Part shown: one piece after another, positions 10,734-22,867 of the stretch
Numbering within the stretch: the first letter of the stretch is position 1
Layout of the letters: each line of letters starts with the position of its first letter
Assembly: GCA_025558095.1 (NCBI GenBank)
Contig: JAIVFI010000035.1
Span: 434,001-498,000, forward strand
Length of the DNA stretch: 64,000 nt
Reading direction: 5' to 3'
From: Hyaloraphidium curvatum SAG 235-1
Lineage: Eukaryota; Fungi; Monoblepharomycota
The notes under the pieces: generated by a model
Database searches by the model: none
Told to the model about the DNA's origin: nothing
What the model saw: the letters and a program-made list of their open reading frames with translations, nothing else
Program-made: the position numbers and the translations under genes

Positions 10734-11023
10734 CGGCCAGGCCCGTTTCGGGGAACCTCCTCCAAAATGTCGACGACACCGATGATCTCGATCGATCGAC
10801 TAGTTCCCTGGCCACGTCGTGCACTTCTCATCGGTGAGCTGTGGTGATTGGTTTGCGTGTCGTGCTGTGCCGCCGCACTCAGCCACGTCGTTTGAGACTC
10901 AAATCCCGGAGCTGCGCAGCTTGGGAACTTCCGCCTGCCGCAAGTTCACCCTACTCTCAATCGCTTCAGAAGCAAGCGCTCTCGGCTAGCGCCAATTGTC
11001 TGCCGCCCTCAGACACCGCAGAC

Positions 11024-12295
11024 ATGGCCGCCGAAGTCCCGCCCTCCGAGTCCGCGGCTCCCGCGCGCGCCTCGTTCGAGGTCGGCAGCCAGCTCGACCT
11101 CGTCTTCTGCATGGACTCGACGGGCTCCATGGGCTCCTACATCGCCGCCGCCCGCGCCTCGGTGCAGGCCGTCGTCTCGGCCATCGTGCGCTCCGAGAAG
11201 GCGGATGTCCGCTTCGCGCTGGTCGCCTACAGGGACCACCCGCCCGAGGATAACACCTTCGTCACCCGCACCTTCCCGTGGACCTCCTCGACGGTGCAGA
11301 TGGAGCGCAACCTGGCGGAGCTGAGCGCCAGCGGCGGCGGCGACGGCCCTGAGGCCGTCACCGCGGCCCTCTACGAGCTCAGCCGGCTCGACTTCCGGCC
11401 CAACGCCGTCAAGGTCTGCGTCTTCATCGCCGACGCCCCGCCGCACGGGCTCGAGCCCCACGGCGACGGGTTCCCCAACGGCGACCCGGACGGACACGAC
11501 CCGCTCGACCTCGCGCGGAAGCTCGCCGCCATGGGCGTCGCGGTGCACTCGGTGGCCTGCGAGCCCGCGCTGAGCGGCTACTCAAACGCCGTGGACTTTT
11601 TCCGCGCCCTGTCCTCCATCACGGGCGGCATGATGGTCCCTTTGACGTCGGCCTGCCTTCTCGCGGATGCCATCATCGGCGGCGCCGCAGAGCAGATCGC
11701 CCTCGAGAGGCTGCTCGCTGAACAACGGGAGGCACTGGCTTGCGACAACGAGGCCTCGGAGGAAGAACAGTCCCGCAAGCTGTACGAGCGCCTCCGCTCC
11801 AGCAAGGTCACCACCAAGCAACTCCACGTCGACGACGTCTACGTCACGTCCGAGGCGGCCGTCTCGAACCTGGCCACCCTCGAGAACGCCGCCACGCTGT
11901 CGGGAGCCAAGGCTGCGCTCAAGCCCATGGCTGTCTCGGACCGCCTCCAGGGCAAGTACTCGTCCGGGGCGGCGCCGGGCGGCTACGGGTACGGCGCCCC
12001 GCTCGCGATGGCCTCGGCTCCGATGCCCCGTGCCGCGGCCAGCAAATCCAGGGCCCGCCCCGGCGGCTTCCTCGGCGGCCTTCTCTCCTCCTTCGGCTCC
12101 TCCTCTTCGGTTGCCCCCGAAGGCGCCATGATGGACGACGGGATCGCCGGCGCCGGGGCATATGCTTACTCTGCGGCCCCAGCGGCCCCGCCGGCCCCGG
12201 CGCAGACCGTCAGCCTGAAGGAGGACGCGGAGATCTCGTACGAGCAGGTGCAGAGGCTCGTCAAGATGAACAAGAGCCGCTCGTCGGCCGCCTGA
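11024..12295 (+). CDS. von Willebrand factor A domain protein (alpha-kinase vWA-like)
   Basis: LDLVFCMDSTGSMGSYI (MIDAS DxTxS), VAYRDHPP, SASGGGDGPEAV, FIADAPPHG. Confidence 0.88.
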   Translation: MAAEVPPSESAAPARASFEVGSQLDLVFCMDSTGSMGSYIAAARASVQAVVSAIVRSEKADVRFALVAYRDHPPEDNTFVTRTFPWTSSTVQMERNLAELSASGGGDGPEAVTAALYELSRLDFRPNAVKVCVFIADAPPHGLEPHGDGFPNGDPDGHDPLDLARKLAAMGVAVHSVACEPALSGYSNAVDFFRALSSITGGMMVPLTSACLLADAIIGGAAEQIALERLLAEQREALACDNEASEEEQSRKLYERLRSSKVTTKQLHVDDVYVTSEAAVSNLATLENAATLSGAKAALKPMAVSDRLQGKYSSGAAPGGYGYGAPLAMASAPMPRAAASKSRARPGGFLGGLLSSFGSSSSVAPEGAMMDDGIAGAGAYAYSAAPAAPPAPAQTVSLKEDAEISYEQVQRLVKMNKSRSSAA

Positions 12296-12671
12296 TTGGA
12301 TTGACTTGGTTGCCGTGACGAATCTCGACCCCGAATAAGCTGTACCTCGCGCGGGCGCGGGCTTGCTATCCAATTGCTGTCGATCTGCATTATTGTATCA
12401 TGCTCCTTGCGGAATAAACATCGGTTGATGCTCAGTCAGGGGACCGCGCCTTGCTGTCCACGCGGATTGCGGAGTCTACTTAGACTGTTCACATGCGAAG
12501 ACGGCTGGCGGTGCTGATTGGAGTGGACGTGGTCCCGGAAAACCACCGCCAAAGAAAGGAGGAGGCGTGGACCCGGAAGGCCTGCGAGAAGGTAGTGCAC
12601 GTTCGCGAGCAGCGATGTCTCGGACGGTCCATGAAGCAGGTGAAACAGCAGTACACCTCGCCGCAGACCCC

Positions 12672-14777
12672 CTAGCCGATCATCACGTCGCCCGCCGGCC
12701 ACGGCACCACCCCCGCCGCGCCCAACCACCTGTTGAGCGCCTGCACCCTCGCCAGGGTCACCAAGCCAGGCCACTGCGCCTGCGGGGGGTCGGTCCACAG
12801 CCTTTCGGCGACCGCCGCCGCGCGCGGCCAGGCGACACGGTCCAGCACCGCCGCGCGAGTCAGTTCGGTCCAGATCGCGGCTTCGCCGCCGAGGAGGAAG
12901 GGGGAGTAGGGGAGGGGGGCGCGGTACATGGTCGGCATGGAGCGCGAGCCGGCGCCCTCGGTGCACCAGGAACCTGGAGGGGGAGGGGGGTCAGTCGATC
13001 CTCGTCCAAAGAGTTCCGCCCGAAACCCACCGCAATCCAGGTACCAGTGGTCCTGCAGCGAAAAGAGCGTCGGCCACTGCGCGCCCAGCAGGTAGTTCAG
13101 CGACTCCTCCCCCGTCCACGCCTGCACCACAGTCCTGTTCCTCAGGAACACGTCCGCGTGCACCACCACGTCGTCGTCCAGCCCCCAGGGGGGAACCACC
13201 GCCTCCTCCCACACCGCCATGAACTTTCTCCCCCGCCCCGGACGGCGGTGCACCGCCTCCGTCACGAACGAGTAGAAGTAGTCGAGCGCGAGGTGGAACC
13301 TGTACTCGCCGTCCCACCACTCGTTCGGCCCCTGCGCGGGCCTGAAGACGTCGGACCAGCACCACGGATGCACCTCGTCCCCGCCCGCGTGCAGCCCGGG
13401 CGCCCAAGGGAACGCCGAGTCCAGGATCCACGAGAAGAGGGAGAGGATGAAACCCGGCAGGCGCGGGTGGTACGGGTTCAGCTGGCCCGACTTGTCCGGG
13501 CCGTTGGGGGAGCAGGTGACGATGTCGGGGTTGGCCTTGGCAATGGCGTCCACGTGCGCGGGGCCCTCGGCCTCGGGGATGAGGGTGACGCCGCGCTGGA
13601 AGCCGTAGACCGACAGGGCGCGGAGGTCCGAGTCGGAGTAGGTCAGCGCGGCGCCGGCGGCGTTGCGGAAGGCGCCGGCCTGCCAGGTGCGCCCGCCGTC
13701 GCCGTTCCAGCGGAGGGGGAAGGACTCCGAGTCGTAAAGGTGCAGGTGCAGCACGTTCATCTTGACCACCTCCATCGCGTCGATGGTCCGCCGCAAGTTG
13801 GCCAGGGGGATGAACGTCCGCGCAACGTCGATCATCAGCCCGCGCCACGGCCGCGCGGGGCGGTCCGTCACGCGGGCGCACCGCACCGCGCGGGCGTTGC
13901 GGCCCCCGGCCTGGACGGGGCCGACGGCGACGAGCTGCACGAGGGTGGCGAAGGCGCGCATGGCGCCGAGCGCCGTGGTGGCGACGATCTGCACGTCGTC
14001 GTTGGCGGAGCCCGGGGCCGGCACGAGGAGCGAGTAGGACTCGTCGTGGAACAGCGCGGCGGTGTGGTCCGACCGCGGGCGGCGAATGAGCACCGAGACC
14101 ATGAGCTGCGCCGTGGAGGCTGGGCCGGGGAGCCGCACGAGACTGGCGATGCGCGAGTTGGCGCGGGCGAGGGCGCCGGTGATGAAGGGCACGGGGTTGA
14201 AGGTGTTGACGGTGTTGAAGGATGGGCCCGCGAGCGGCGGGAGGCCGCCGAAGCGGTCCTGCCGGGCCAGCAGGCGGTGCTCCGAGGCATTTCCAAGAAC
14301 AGCGTCGAAGAAGGACTCCGAGATGTCCTCTTCGGCCTCGTCGCCGTCCCCGATGACAGGCGACGGGGCATCTCGCCCGGCCAGCGCCCGCCGCTCTGCC
14401 GCCCTCCTCGCCGTCCTTTTTGGCGTGGGCCTGATGGTGCCCCACAGCGCCACCGTCCGCGTGCCCGAGGGTGCCAGCACGTTCCGGAGCTTCAGCGCGC
14501 CGAAGGTCCGGTAGCCCGCGATGTAGCTCAGCGACCGCGGGAGCGGGAACGGCGCGCCCGGCCACGTCGGCCCCGGCGCGTTGGGCGAGAGCGGGGAGGC
14601 CGATGTGCCGTTGCCGGCCGCGGCGGCCGCGGGGCGCTCGGCGGCCGATGCGGGCAGGCAGAGGAGCAGCAGGGCGGCGGCGACGCCCACCAGGAGCAGC
14701 GCCCGCCCGGCGCCCGCGGGGCCGGCCGATCCCGGCGCCGGCCCGGCACGTCGTCGTGTGCGATATCTTCGGACCAT
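12672..14777 (-). CDS. GH20 beta-N-acetylhexosaminidase with signal/anchor; in-frame intron 12974-13030
   Basis: WRGLMIDVAR, KMNVLHLHLYDSESFP, HAGGDEV catalytic pair, WYLDCG, LLGGEAAIWTE, WPRAAAVAERLW. Confidence 0.92.
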   Translation of the reverse strand: MVRRYRTRRRAGPAPGSAGPAGAGRALLLVGVAAALLLLCLPASAAERPAAAAAGNGTSASPLSPNAPGPTWPGAPFPLPRSLSYIAGYRTFGALKLRNVLAPSGTRTVALWGTIRPTPKRTARRAAERRALAGRDAPSPVIGDGDEAEEDISESFFDAVLGNASEHRLLARQDRFGGLPPLAGPSFNTVNTFNPVPFITGALARANSRIASLVRLPGPASTAQLMVSVLIRRPRSDHTAALFHDESYSLLVPAPGSANDDVQIVATTALGAMRAFATLVQLVAVGPVQAGGRNARAVRCARVTDRPARPWRGLMIDVARTFIPLANLRRTIDAMEVVKMNVLHLHLYDSESFPLRWNGDGGRTWQAGAFRNAAGAALTYSDSDLRALSVYGFQRGVTLIPEAEGPAHVDAIAKANPDIVTCSPNGPDKSGQLNPYHPRLPGFILSLFSWILDSAFPWAPGLHAGGDEVHPWCWSDVFRPAQGPNEWWDGEYRFHLALDYFYSFVTEAVHRRPGRGRKFMAVWEEAVVPPWGLDDDVVVHADVFLRNRTVVQAWTGEESLNYLLGAQWPTLFSLQDHWYLDCGGFRAELFGRGSTDPPPPPGSWCTEGAGSRSMPTMYRAPLPYSPFLLGGEAAIWTELTRAAVLDRVAWPRAAAVAERLWTDPPQAQWPGLVTLARVQALNRWLGAAGVVPWPAGDVMIG

Positions 14778-15555
14778 GGCGGCGATCAGCGCCGCAGATC
14801 CGGGTCGGAGTGGGTTTTGTTGGGCAGTCAGGAAGGGACAATGCTCCGCCTCGATGGGCTGCGGCAACGTCGGCCCAGCCGCCACGAGTCCCCTGCGTCC
14901 CAAAACCAAACAACGGCCGTGGCCTCTGACGACACCGTGCTGCGCCGCAGGCGACCGGTTCCCACATGTCTGCATGATGGGAGAAGGAACGCGGGGTCGG
15001 GCGGGGCGTCCGTGCGGGAACCAGCCGCAAGTTGTGCTTCGGGGATTGGTCAGATGCTTGGGGTTTTGGCAAGCCTTCATCCCATGCCGATGAGGTTGGT
15101 CCGGCCGAAGCCCACACTGGAGATTATCTCAGAGCCACGGCGCGATTGCGATATAGCCCTTTTGGTTCTTTGGGAAACGAATCCCCTGCAGAGGGCCGTT
15201 CGGGAAATGGCTACCGGCAACTGTCAGGCGCGTCCGCCAGGCGGGCGAGCCCATGTGCCAATGCAGAGCCTGCCAGTTGGCGGATAGATTGCCCGAATGG
15301 CGGAAACTGGTCGGCCCCGACTTGGAAAAGGTCTTTCGCTCGCCGTTCCCGGGTCCCAAGGGCGGATCCTCCAGGTCGGACACCGCATTAACGTTGGTAC
15401 CACAGCGGCCGCGACGGCCCGTCGGAAGGTGGCGTGCAGACAATCTTCGAAACATTGCCTCCACCACTGCCAATAATGCGAACACCACGCAAACGATCGA
15501 TTGTGCATCTGCAACTGGCAAAACAGTTTTCGTCGACAAAAGTTCCCTCGGACCG

Positions 15556-18500
15556 CTACTCCTCCTGCCACTCGTGCTCCATCGCCAGCCCCCCGCTCTT
15601 TTTCCTCGCGATCGTCCACGACCCCTCCCCCTCCGTGCCCGTCGTCGTCCTCCGCCGCACGTGCGCATGCAGCTCGTCCGACCCCCCGGGCGCCGCGGTC
15701 GCGTCGTGGGGCGAGAGCGGCATCGGCGCCGGGGACAGGTCCCTCTTCGGGCGGGCCGAGAACCGGGGGAGCGGGGTGTCCGGCTGCGCGTCGTGCGCCC
15801 GCGCGCGGTGCATCGTCGCGCGAGCGACGATGACGCCGCCGGCGGCCAGCACCGCGACCCCGCCCGCCGCGATCAGCGCCGCCAGGAAGGCGCGCGGGAG
15901 CGGCAGGCCGGCGTCCCCGTCCCGCACCTCGGCCTCCCTCGGCCTTGCCCGCAAGGAATCTTGGGCGACGCGCCTCGCGAGCCTGTTCTTGGGCAGCATC
16001 CCCGCGCGGTCGTGGCCCCCGTGCCCTCGGCGCCGCAGCCGCGCCGCGTTGACCGCGCGCGCGGGGCCGAGGACGGCCGAGAAGGGGTCGTCGTCCTTGT
16101 AGGGCTCGGCATCCCCCAGGCAGTCGGCGTAGGTGGTCAGCGAGTAGCCCTTTTCGCGGAGGAGGTCGATCACGGGGGCGGTGAGGTTGAAAACGGTCGA
16201 GTAGACCACTGCCATCCAGCGCCGCGGGTCAGCTCCCCATCCCTCTGGGCCGCGGCACGCGGGTGACCCACCGTCGTGCGCGAGCAGCGTCTGCCCCGAC
16301 AGCTCCTCCGGCGGCAGCCCCTCGTTCAGCCTGTTGAGCTGCGCGTCGACGTGCTGCAGCGCCGCCGTGGCGTCGAACACGCCGTTGGCGTCCGCGAACC
16401 ACCAGTCGTCCGTCGTCACCTTCCACGTCACGAGCGGGTAGCCCAGGCTCCCCATTGTACCCGCGGACCGGGTGTCCCAGTCCCCGAACGGGGGGCGGTT
16501 GTACCGCGGCCGCAGGCCGACGGCGGCGTAGACGGCCGTCTCGATCTTGCTCATCTCCTGCGCCAGCACGGTGTCGGACGAGAAGGGGATGCTGACGTGG
16601 GACCACGTGTGCAGGGCGATCTGGTGGCCCTCCTCGGCCATGCGGCGGACGGTGCCGTAGTAGTCCCCGATCTCGCAGTTCTTGGAGCCGACGAGGAAGA
16701 ACGTTGCTGGTCGTGCGAGGGTCAGCGGCGGGTCCGAGGCAAGCGGGGGAGCGGCCCACCGGTCGCGTTCTTGGCCTTGAGCACGTCCAGCAGCACCTCG
16801 GTGTAGTTGCACGGCCCGTCGTCGTACGTGATGGCCACCATGTTGTCCCTGCAGTTCGTGAACACGGGCGCCAGCGACGCCCAGAACCTCGCCCTGACGG
16901 GCACCGGCTCCACGGCGGCGCCGGCCGACTCGGTGCAGAAGGAAAAGGTGGCGTTGCCGTCGGGCCGCACGATCGCCGGGGCGCTGCTGAACGCCGCGGG
17001 GCGCACGAGCAGGTAGCGGTCGAACGAGGCCGGGATGACGCCCGCGGCGGTGACGTTTTCCGGCATCGGCCGCACAGAGTACTCGAGCAGCGGGTCCCCG
17101 GACCCGTTGACGAATGCCGTACCCTCGTCCAGCGCCAGGCGCGCCTCCCACATGCTGCTCCTGAAGGTGCGCGGGTTCGCGATCCGCGCCGCGGCCACGT
17201 GCGGCATGCTCGCGGCGTAGCACACCCTGCGGCCCTGGCGCGAAGTCTCCGCGAGGAAGACCCCGCGCGCGCCGGCGTCGCCGACGTAGGACGCGTTCTC
17301 GGGGACCGACGGGGCGCTGACGGAGAAGCACTTGCCGAAGCTCTGCACCGCGCGGGGCACCGTTAGTGCGCATCCGGGGTGACGGAAGGAGTTCAGACAC
17401 CCACGACCTGGCAGTTGCCCGGACCGCACCAATCCAGCCCCTCCGTGCCCCCGTCGTCTTGACACCACCCGGAATTGCTGCAGCATAGCCCGGGTCGGCA
17501 CCGGGTGCCGAACATGAACCCGCACCGCCCGTCTTGGCTCACAGCCAGGTCGGTGTTGGGCCCGAGCACGTAGTACGGCAGCGGGTCCGGCGCCGCGGTC
17601 GCCGTCCCCGTTGCCGACGCGGTGGCCGTCGCCGTGGCCGAGGTCGGGGTGGTGTGGTTGGTCAGGAACCCGTCGGAATCGAAGCCGAATTCGTCGCCGA
17701 AGCATTTGCCGTAGCCCCGCTGGCACCCCTGCCCGCACCACGGCAGCCCGTTGTTGAAGCCGTCGTCTGCCCAGATCGGCGTGAGCACCTCCCCCAACCC
17801 CGTCACACACCCGCAACGAACCTTGGCAGTAGCCCCAGGCGGAGCAGCAGATGTTGTCCGGGCACCTGTACCCGTTGCCCGCCCCGCACCGCCCGTTGGG
17901 GCTCACGGGCAGGTCCGCGTTGGGCCCCGCCGCGTCTGCCGGCACCGAGAAGTCCGGGCACTTGAACGGTTCGAGGTCGCCGAGGATGTGGCACACGCCG
18001 TAGCCCTTCTGGCATCCGTCGCCGCAGAACTGGTCGGCTGCGCGCGGGGGGGGGGGGTCAGTCCTGGCCAGCAGCTGCGGGGCGGTGCCGGACCCACCGT
18101 CCACGCCCGCGGACGCCTGGCACGTCCCGTTCCCCGCGCAGCACCTCCCCGCCGGGCACCTCCTCGAATGGTCGATCCCGCAGGTCCCGTCCTGCGTGGT
18201 CGGGATGTTGCCGCACGCCTTGTACACGGGGGTGCCCTGCGCGGTGGACGTCAGGGTGAAGCTGGAGAGGGTGGTGCTGCGCGTGGTGCGGGTGGTTGTG
18301 GCCGCGGGGCCGCAGAAGGCGGTGGAGGCGGGGCCCGAGACGTGGCATTTGCCGAAGCCGAGGAGGCAGCCAGCGCCGCACCAGGGGTCGCCGTCGTTGC
18401 CGCCGTCGTCTGGCACGGTCGGCCGGTCAGAGGATGCACGCGATGCCTGCACGGGGTTACCTACCCTGGCAGTACCCGTAGGCGGAGCAGCAGAACCCGT

Positions 18501-20108
18501 CCGGGCACCGCGCGTTCCCATTCCCCGGCCCGCACCGCCCGCTGCTCGTCACCTCGTACCCCTCGCACGGGTTGTACACCGGCGTCCCCAGCGACACCGT
18601 CGTCGCCTGCCACGTCCCCGTCGCCGTCGCCGTCGTTGCAGTCGGGCACGCGTAGTTCCCGGGGTCGGTCACGTTGGCCCAGCACTTGCCGTACCCGCGC
18701 TGGCACCCCACGTCGCACCAGGGGGCGCCGTCGACGCCGCCGTCGTCCTGGCAGTACGAGTTGCGGGAGCAGCACAGGCCGGGGGGGCATTTCCGGCCGC
18801 CGAAGAGCGGGCCGCACCGTCCGTTGGCCGTCTCGTCGTACGCGGCGCAGGGGACAAAGACGGGGGTGCCGCTCGAGAGGGTGATGGTGCGGGAGGGGGT
18901 GCCGGTGGGAGCATCGGTGGTCGTGGGTGCTTCGGTGGTGGTTCGAGAGCTGGTCGTTTCGACCGTCGTTGTGGTGGGCTCCGGCGCGAGCGGGCACCAT
19001 GCCGTCTCGACACCCGATTGGGCGGCCGGAGGCTGTGGGTCCAGCGGCGCGCCGCAGACCTCGATGTCGTCGATGAGGAGGCCGGGGGCGGTGAATGTGA
19101 GGGTGACCGAGTCGACCTGCGCGGACGCGGGCGGGATCCGTCAGCGTCCGCCATCCAGCTTCAGCAAGCAGATCCACGCACCTGGAACTGGGATCCGGTG
19201 AGGTTGCCGTCCGTTGACTGCTGCTCGACGAGCGAGAGCACGTTGACCCTGGTCGACACCTCGAACACGACCGAAGCGGACACCGAGTAGATCCTCTGCC
19301 CGTCCCTGGAACCCTCGACAAACACCGTGGTCGAGAACGAGGAGAAGTTGTCGGGCTTGGGCGTGCCGGGGGGGAGCAGGGCCCACTCCCGCAGCGGGGT
19401 CAGGGCGATGCGGTACAGGCCAAAGGTCCACCCGGCGGGCTGCGCGGGGCCGGCGGAGATGGTGACGAGATAGCGCTGCGGCCCGGATGCGTCCTGCGCG
19501 ACGAGGGCGAATGTCTTGTCGACGTACAGGGCGTTGGGCAGCGAGGCGGCGTAGGTGAGGTAGGCAGCCGAGGAGTTTGCGCCGCGGTACAGCACGTCCG
19601 AGCCTACTGCGTCGATCAGGCCGACGCCGAGCAGCGAGAGGCCGCGGTAGGTGCCCGGCTGGCCGGACTGCGTGCCGGGCGGGAAGGGGTAGGCGTAGCG
19701 CGGGCCGTCGGCGGGCCCAGTCGGCGCGATGAGGTTGAAGTCGTCGAGGTTCAGCAGCGGGCGGCAGGCGCCGTCCGCGCAGCCGGGCACGGGCGCCTGC
19801 GCCGGCGGCGCGATGAGCGAGCCGTTCGTCGGGGAGTCGGGCTGGTCGGGCGCGGCGGGGTCGGGCGCGGCGGGGTCGGGCTCGGCCGGCACCGACGGGT
19901 CGGCGCGGGCCGCGGCGGGCGGCGCCGGGTCGGCGGGCGGCGCGGCCCGCAGATCTTCGGCCACCGTTCGCTCGACCGCCGCGTCGAGCTTCGCCCCCAG
20001 CTGCCGCCTCCGCGGGCCGTCCCGCACCGCCCGCCCGTCAGCCGGTGCCCCCGCGCCCGCCGCCGCCCCCGCCAGCAGCAGAACCAGGAGCGCGAATATG
20101 AGCCTCAT
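15556..20108 (-). CDS. Multi-exon polysaccharide (chitin) deacetylase, CE4: signal peptide, five CBM18/hevein modules, NodB domain, C-terminal TM helix
   Basis: MRLIFALLVLLLAG; five GxCG...C..CCS..GxCQ units across 17.3-18.9 kb; AITYDDGP, ATFFLVG, HTWSH, RPPFG, LLAHD; AFLAALIAAGGVAVLAAGGVIV. Exon boundaries are approximate. Confidence 0.85.
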
Positions 20109-20932
20109 AGTGCGCGCGCTGCGATGCGCCCTCCGCCCCGGGAACGGGGCGATTGCTCGGCCGGGGGCGGTCATCGACCGTCGCTTCGGAATGGCTTTGC
20201 AACACTGCGTGGCTGGGCCGAAGGGAAAAACGCGCCCCGCCCGCAGACGAGTTCCCGCCGGCCGGGCGATCGGGGCGGAATACCGCTGGTCGGTCTCGTG
20301 GTGGTAACTTGGCGGCTGGATTACGCGGATGGACGACGGGGAAGGACGGTTGGCGGCCGTCGGTCGAAGAGGATTGGACCCTACCGCCCCCGATGCAGTG
20401 CTGTCCAGGTCCGGGGGCAACCCGCCCTCCCTAATCCATCCAAACAGGGTGAACGAGCGTCCCCGTCCACGGGGCCATGGTTTCCACAATCCGAGCCGCG
20501 CGAAGTGGGACGCGATGCCCCGGCCAGCCACGGGACCACTACGAGGTGCCGTGAGACTCTCCTCCACCCGAAAAAAGGTTCAGGGACCTACCTGATCTCG
20601 CCTGCAGCAGTTTCCTCGATCCGGTCCCGCGGCATCGCCCCGCCGGGTCCAGTGCGCCAAAGCAGGTTCCGTCGCAGCTTCACCTCAGACCCGGGCATCC
20701 GCTGTCCCGGAGTTGGCCCGGCAACCGTTTCGGCCAGTCGGTCCTGTTGCCCGCGTCAAACGCTTCACAGCATCCACCGACCATCGGCAATCCCATATCC
20801 GCCTGAGCCGGCGTTCATGCCCCGCCCCTGAACCGACGATCCGCAGGTGCACGCAGGAAAAGCCTCTATGTACAGTCCCGCGCCACACCCGCAACGCTCC
20901 GAACACCCCGCACGGAAAACAACGACGCACAC

Positions 20933-22867
20933 TCAATACGCGGCGGGGGCGGCCCACCCCCCTCCCCACCCCCTCCCCAGGCTCGCCAGGTTGGCCGCGG
21001 CCTCGAGCTCCCCCTCCGCCTTCCCCTCCCCCGCACCACCCGCCCGCTCCGCCTCCCTCTTCATCGCCGCCACCGCCGGCCTCGGCGGCGCGACGAAGCT
21101 CGGCCCCGCCTCGCGCGGCATCGCCTCCAGCATCGCCTCGAGCTCCTCCCCCATCCCCGCAACGTCCACCTCCCCCCCCGTGTCCGCACCGAAATCCTCC
21201 ACCCCGCGCTCCCGGAGCATCCTCCGCATCGCCTCCTCCCGCATCCGCGAGGACATCAGCTGCGCGCGCAGCCGCCGCTCGCGCGCCTGGATCTGCCCGA
21301 CGTACTCGCGCGTGTACACGAGGATGGCCTTGCGCGTGTCGGCGTAGCCGTCCATGCCGGGGACCGAGGCGACGAGGAGCGAGAGGTAAGATTTGAACGC
21401 GTCGCGGCGGAGCTTCTCGTCCTTCTGCGGACCGCAGCATCCGGAGGGATGGGATGGGTCAGCGGGATCGATCGGAACGAGGGGGGGCTGCGCGCGCACC
21501 TTTTTCGCGATCCGCTCGCGGATCCGCCCGCCCTTGCCGTCGTCGGGATGCTGCGCGTCCGGCCGCTGCGCTTCCACCACGGCCGCCGGCGTCGCGCGGT
21601 AGGGAAAGTCCGCCAGCGCGTCCGGGTCGACGAGGCACCCCGTGGGGTCGGGCAGCTGCGCGGCCTTCTTCTTCGCCTGGGGGCGGGGCAGCGGGAACAC
21701 GGGCGCCGCGGGGGCCGGAGGGGGGGAGGGGGTGGCGTCGGCGGAGGAGGAGCGGGAGGAGTGCGGCGTGGCGAGCGAGGGTTGGGGGGTGCCGAGCGGC
21801 GGTGCCGGGGCGGGGGAGGCGGCCGACGAAGCGCGGTAGTTGGCCCACCAGTCCTTCCAGGGGATCGCGGCGGGCGGCGGAGAGGGAGGTTCGCGCTTGA
21901 TGGCGATGGAGGGAACGATGGTGGGCGCGGCAAGGGGGGTCTGGATCGGAGGGGGGATCGGGCGGGAGGCGGCGTGCTGGGCCGGTGCGGCGGGCTGCGC
22001 GGGGGGGGCTTGCGGGGCGCGGTAGTTTCCGGCCTGCAAGCCCTGCACGCCCTGCATGCCCTGCATGCCCTGCTTCAAATGCGCGCCCTGCATCGGCTGC
22101 GCGCCCTGCGTTGCCTGTGCAGGCGGGGGCTGCTGGGCGTGCGGCGGGTACGGGTAGGCCGGGTAGTAAGGGAACGGCTGGCCGGCGGCCTGCGGGTAGT
22201 AGCCGTGCTGGGGCGCGTATGCATGCGGGTAGCCTGGGTGCGGGGCGTAGGCGGGGTACGGATGGCCCGCGGCCGGAGGGTAGCCGTGGGGCGGGTGCGG
22301 CAGGTGCTGTGCCGATGCGTCCGCGGGGGGGCCGGAAGCCCGCTGCGGCTGAGCCGTGCCGCGGGCCTGCTGCGCGGGGTACTGCTGGTACTGGAGCGAC
22401 GGGGAAGCGGCGAGCTGCGCCTGCGGGGGGTTTTGCCACGTGGGCCCGAAGTGGTTGTGCGGCGGGGGGCCTTGCGGGGGGAGCTGCCCTGCGGGGCTGC
22501 CTGCGCGGTTCGCGGGCACGCCGTTGAGGGGCGCGTAGGCGGCGTCTTGCTGTTTGTTTGTGTACCAAGCCGGCGGCGGCGGCGGCAGCAGGGACGGGCG
22601 GGGGTTGGCGTGCGGGGCGTGCGCGGGGCCGGGCGGCGCGCCGTGCGGCTCCCCCATCGCCGGGTGGCTCTGGGACGCGAGTCCCTGCGAGTCGTGCGAC
22701 GACACCGGCGAGGGGGTCCGCGGCGGGTCGGGGGCGGCGGCGGCGTGGGGCGGAGCGGCGGCGGGGCGCGCGGGCGGCGGCGGCCCGCGCGCGCTGAGCG
22801 GGCCCGCGGCGTCGGCGGCGGAGGGCGCGGCGAGCGCGGCGGCGGGCGGCGGCGGCGCGGCGGTCAT
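20933..22867 (-). CDS. Proline-rich atypical bHLH transcription factor (paralog 1); intron 21425-21499
   Basis: RERIAKK|KDEKLRRDAFKSYLSLLVASVPGMDGYADTRKAILVYTREYVGQI follows the basic-helix-loop-helix pattern (ExxRR..L..VP..KA.IL...EY). Confidence 0.7.
   Translation of the reverse strand: MTAAPPPPAAALAAPSAADAAGPLSARGPPPPARPAAAPPHAAAAPDPPRTPSPVSSHDSQGLASQSHPAMGEPHGAPPGPAHAPHANPRPSLLPPPPPAWYTNKQQDAAYAPLNGVPANRAGSPAGQLPPQGPPPHNHFGPTWQNPPQAQLAASPSLQYQQYPAQQARGTAQPQRASGPPADASAQHLPHPPHGYPPAAGHPYPAYAPHPGYPHAYAPQHGYYPQAAGQPFPYYPAYPYPPHAQQPPPAQATQGAQPMQGAHLKQGMQGMQGVQGLQAGNYRAPQAPPAQPAAPAQHAASRPIPPPIQTPLAAPTIVPSIAIKREPPSPPPAAIPWKDWWANYRASSAASPAPAPPLGTPQPSLATPHSSRSSSADATPSPPPAPAAPVFPLPRPQAKKKAAQLPDPTGCLVDPDALADFPYRATPAAVVEAQRPDAQHPDDGKGGRIRERIAKKVRAQPPLVPIDPADPSHPSGCCGPQKDEKLRRDAFKSYLSLLVASVPGMDGYADTRKAILVYTREYVGQIQARERRLRAQLMSSRMREEAMRRMLRERGVEDFGADTGGEVDVAGMGEELEAMLEAMPREAGPSFVAPPRPAVAAMKREAERAGGAGEGKAEGELEAAANLASLGRGWGGGWAAPAAY

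Noticed and set aside
12567-15287. 906-aa + strand ORF and other long Arg/Gly/Pro-rich ORFs (e.g. 5358..7487, 21449..24034, 28649..30871, 31849..34077)
   Set aside because: Shadow frames of real genes in very high-GC DNA; no domain motifs.
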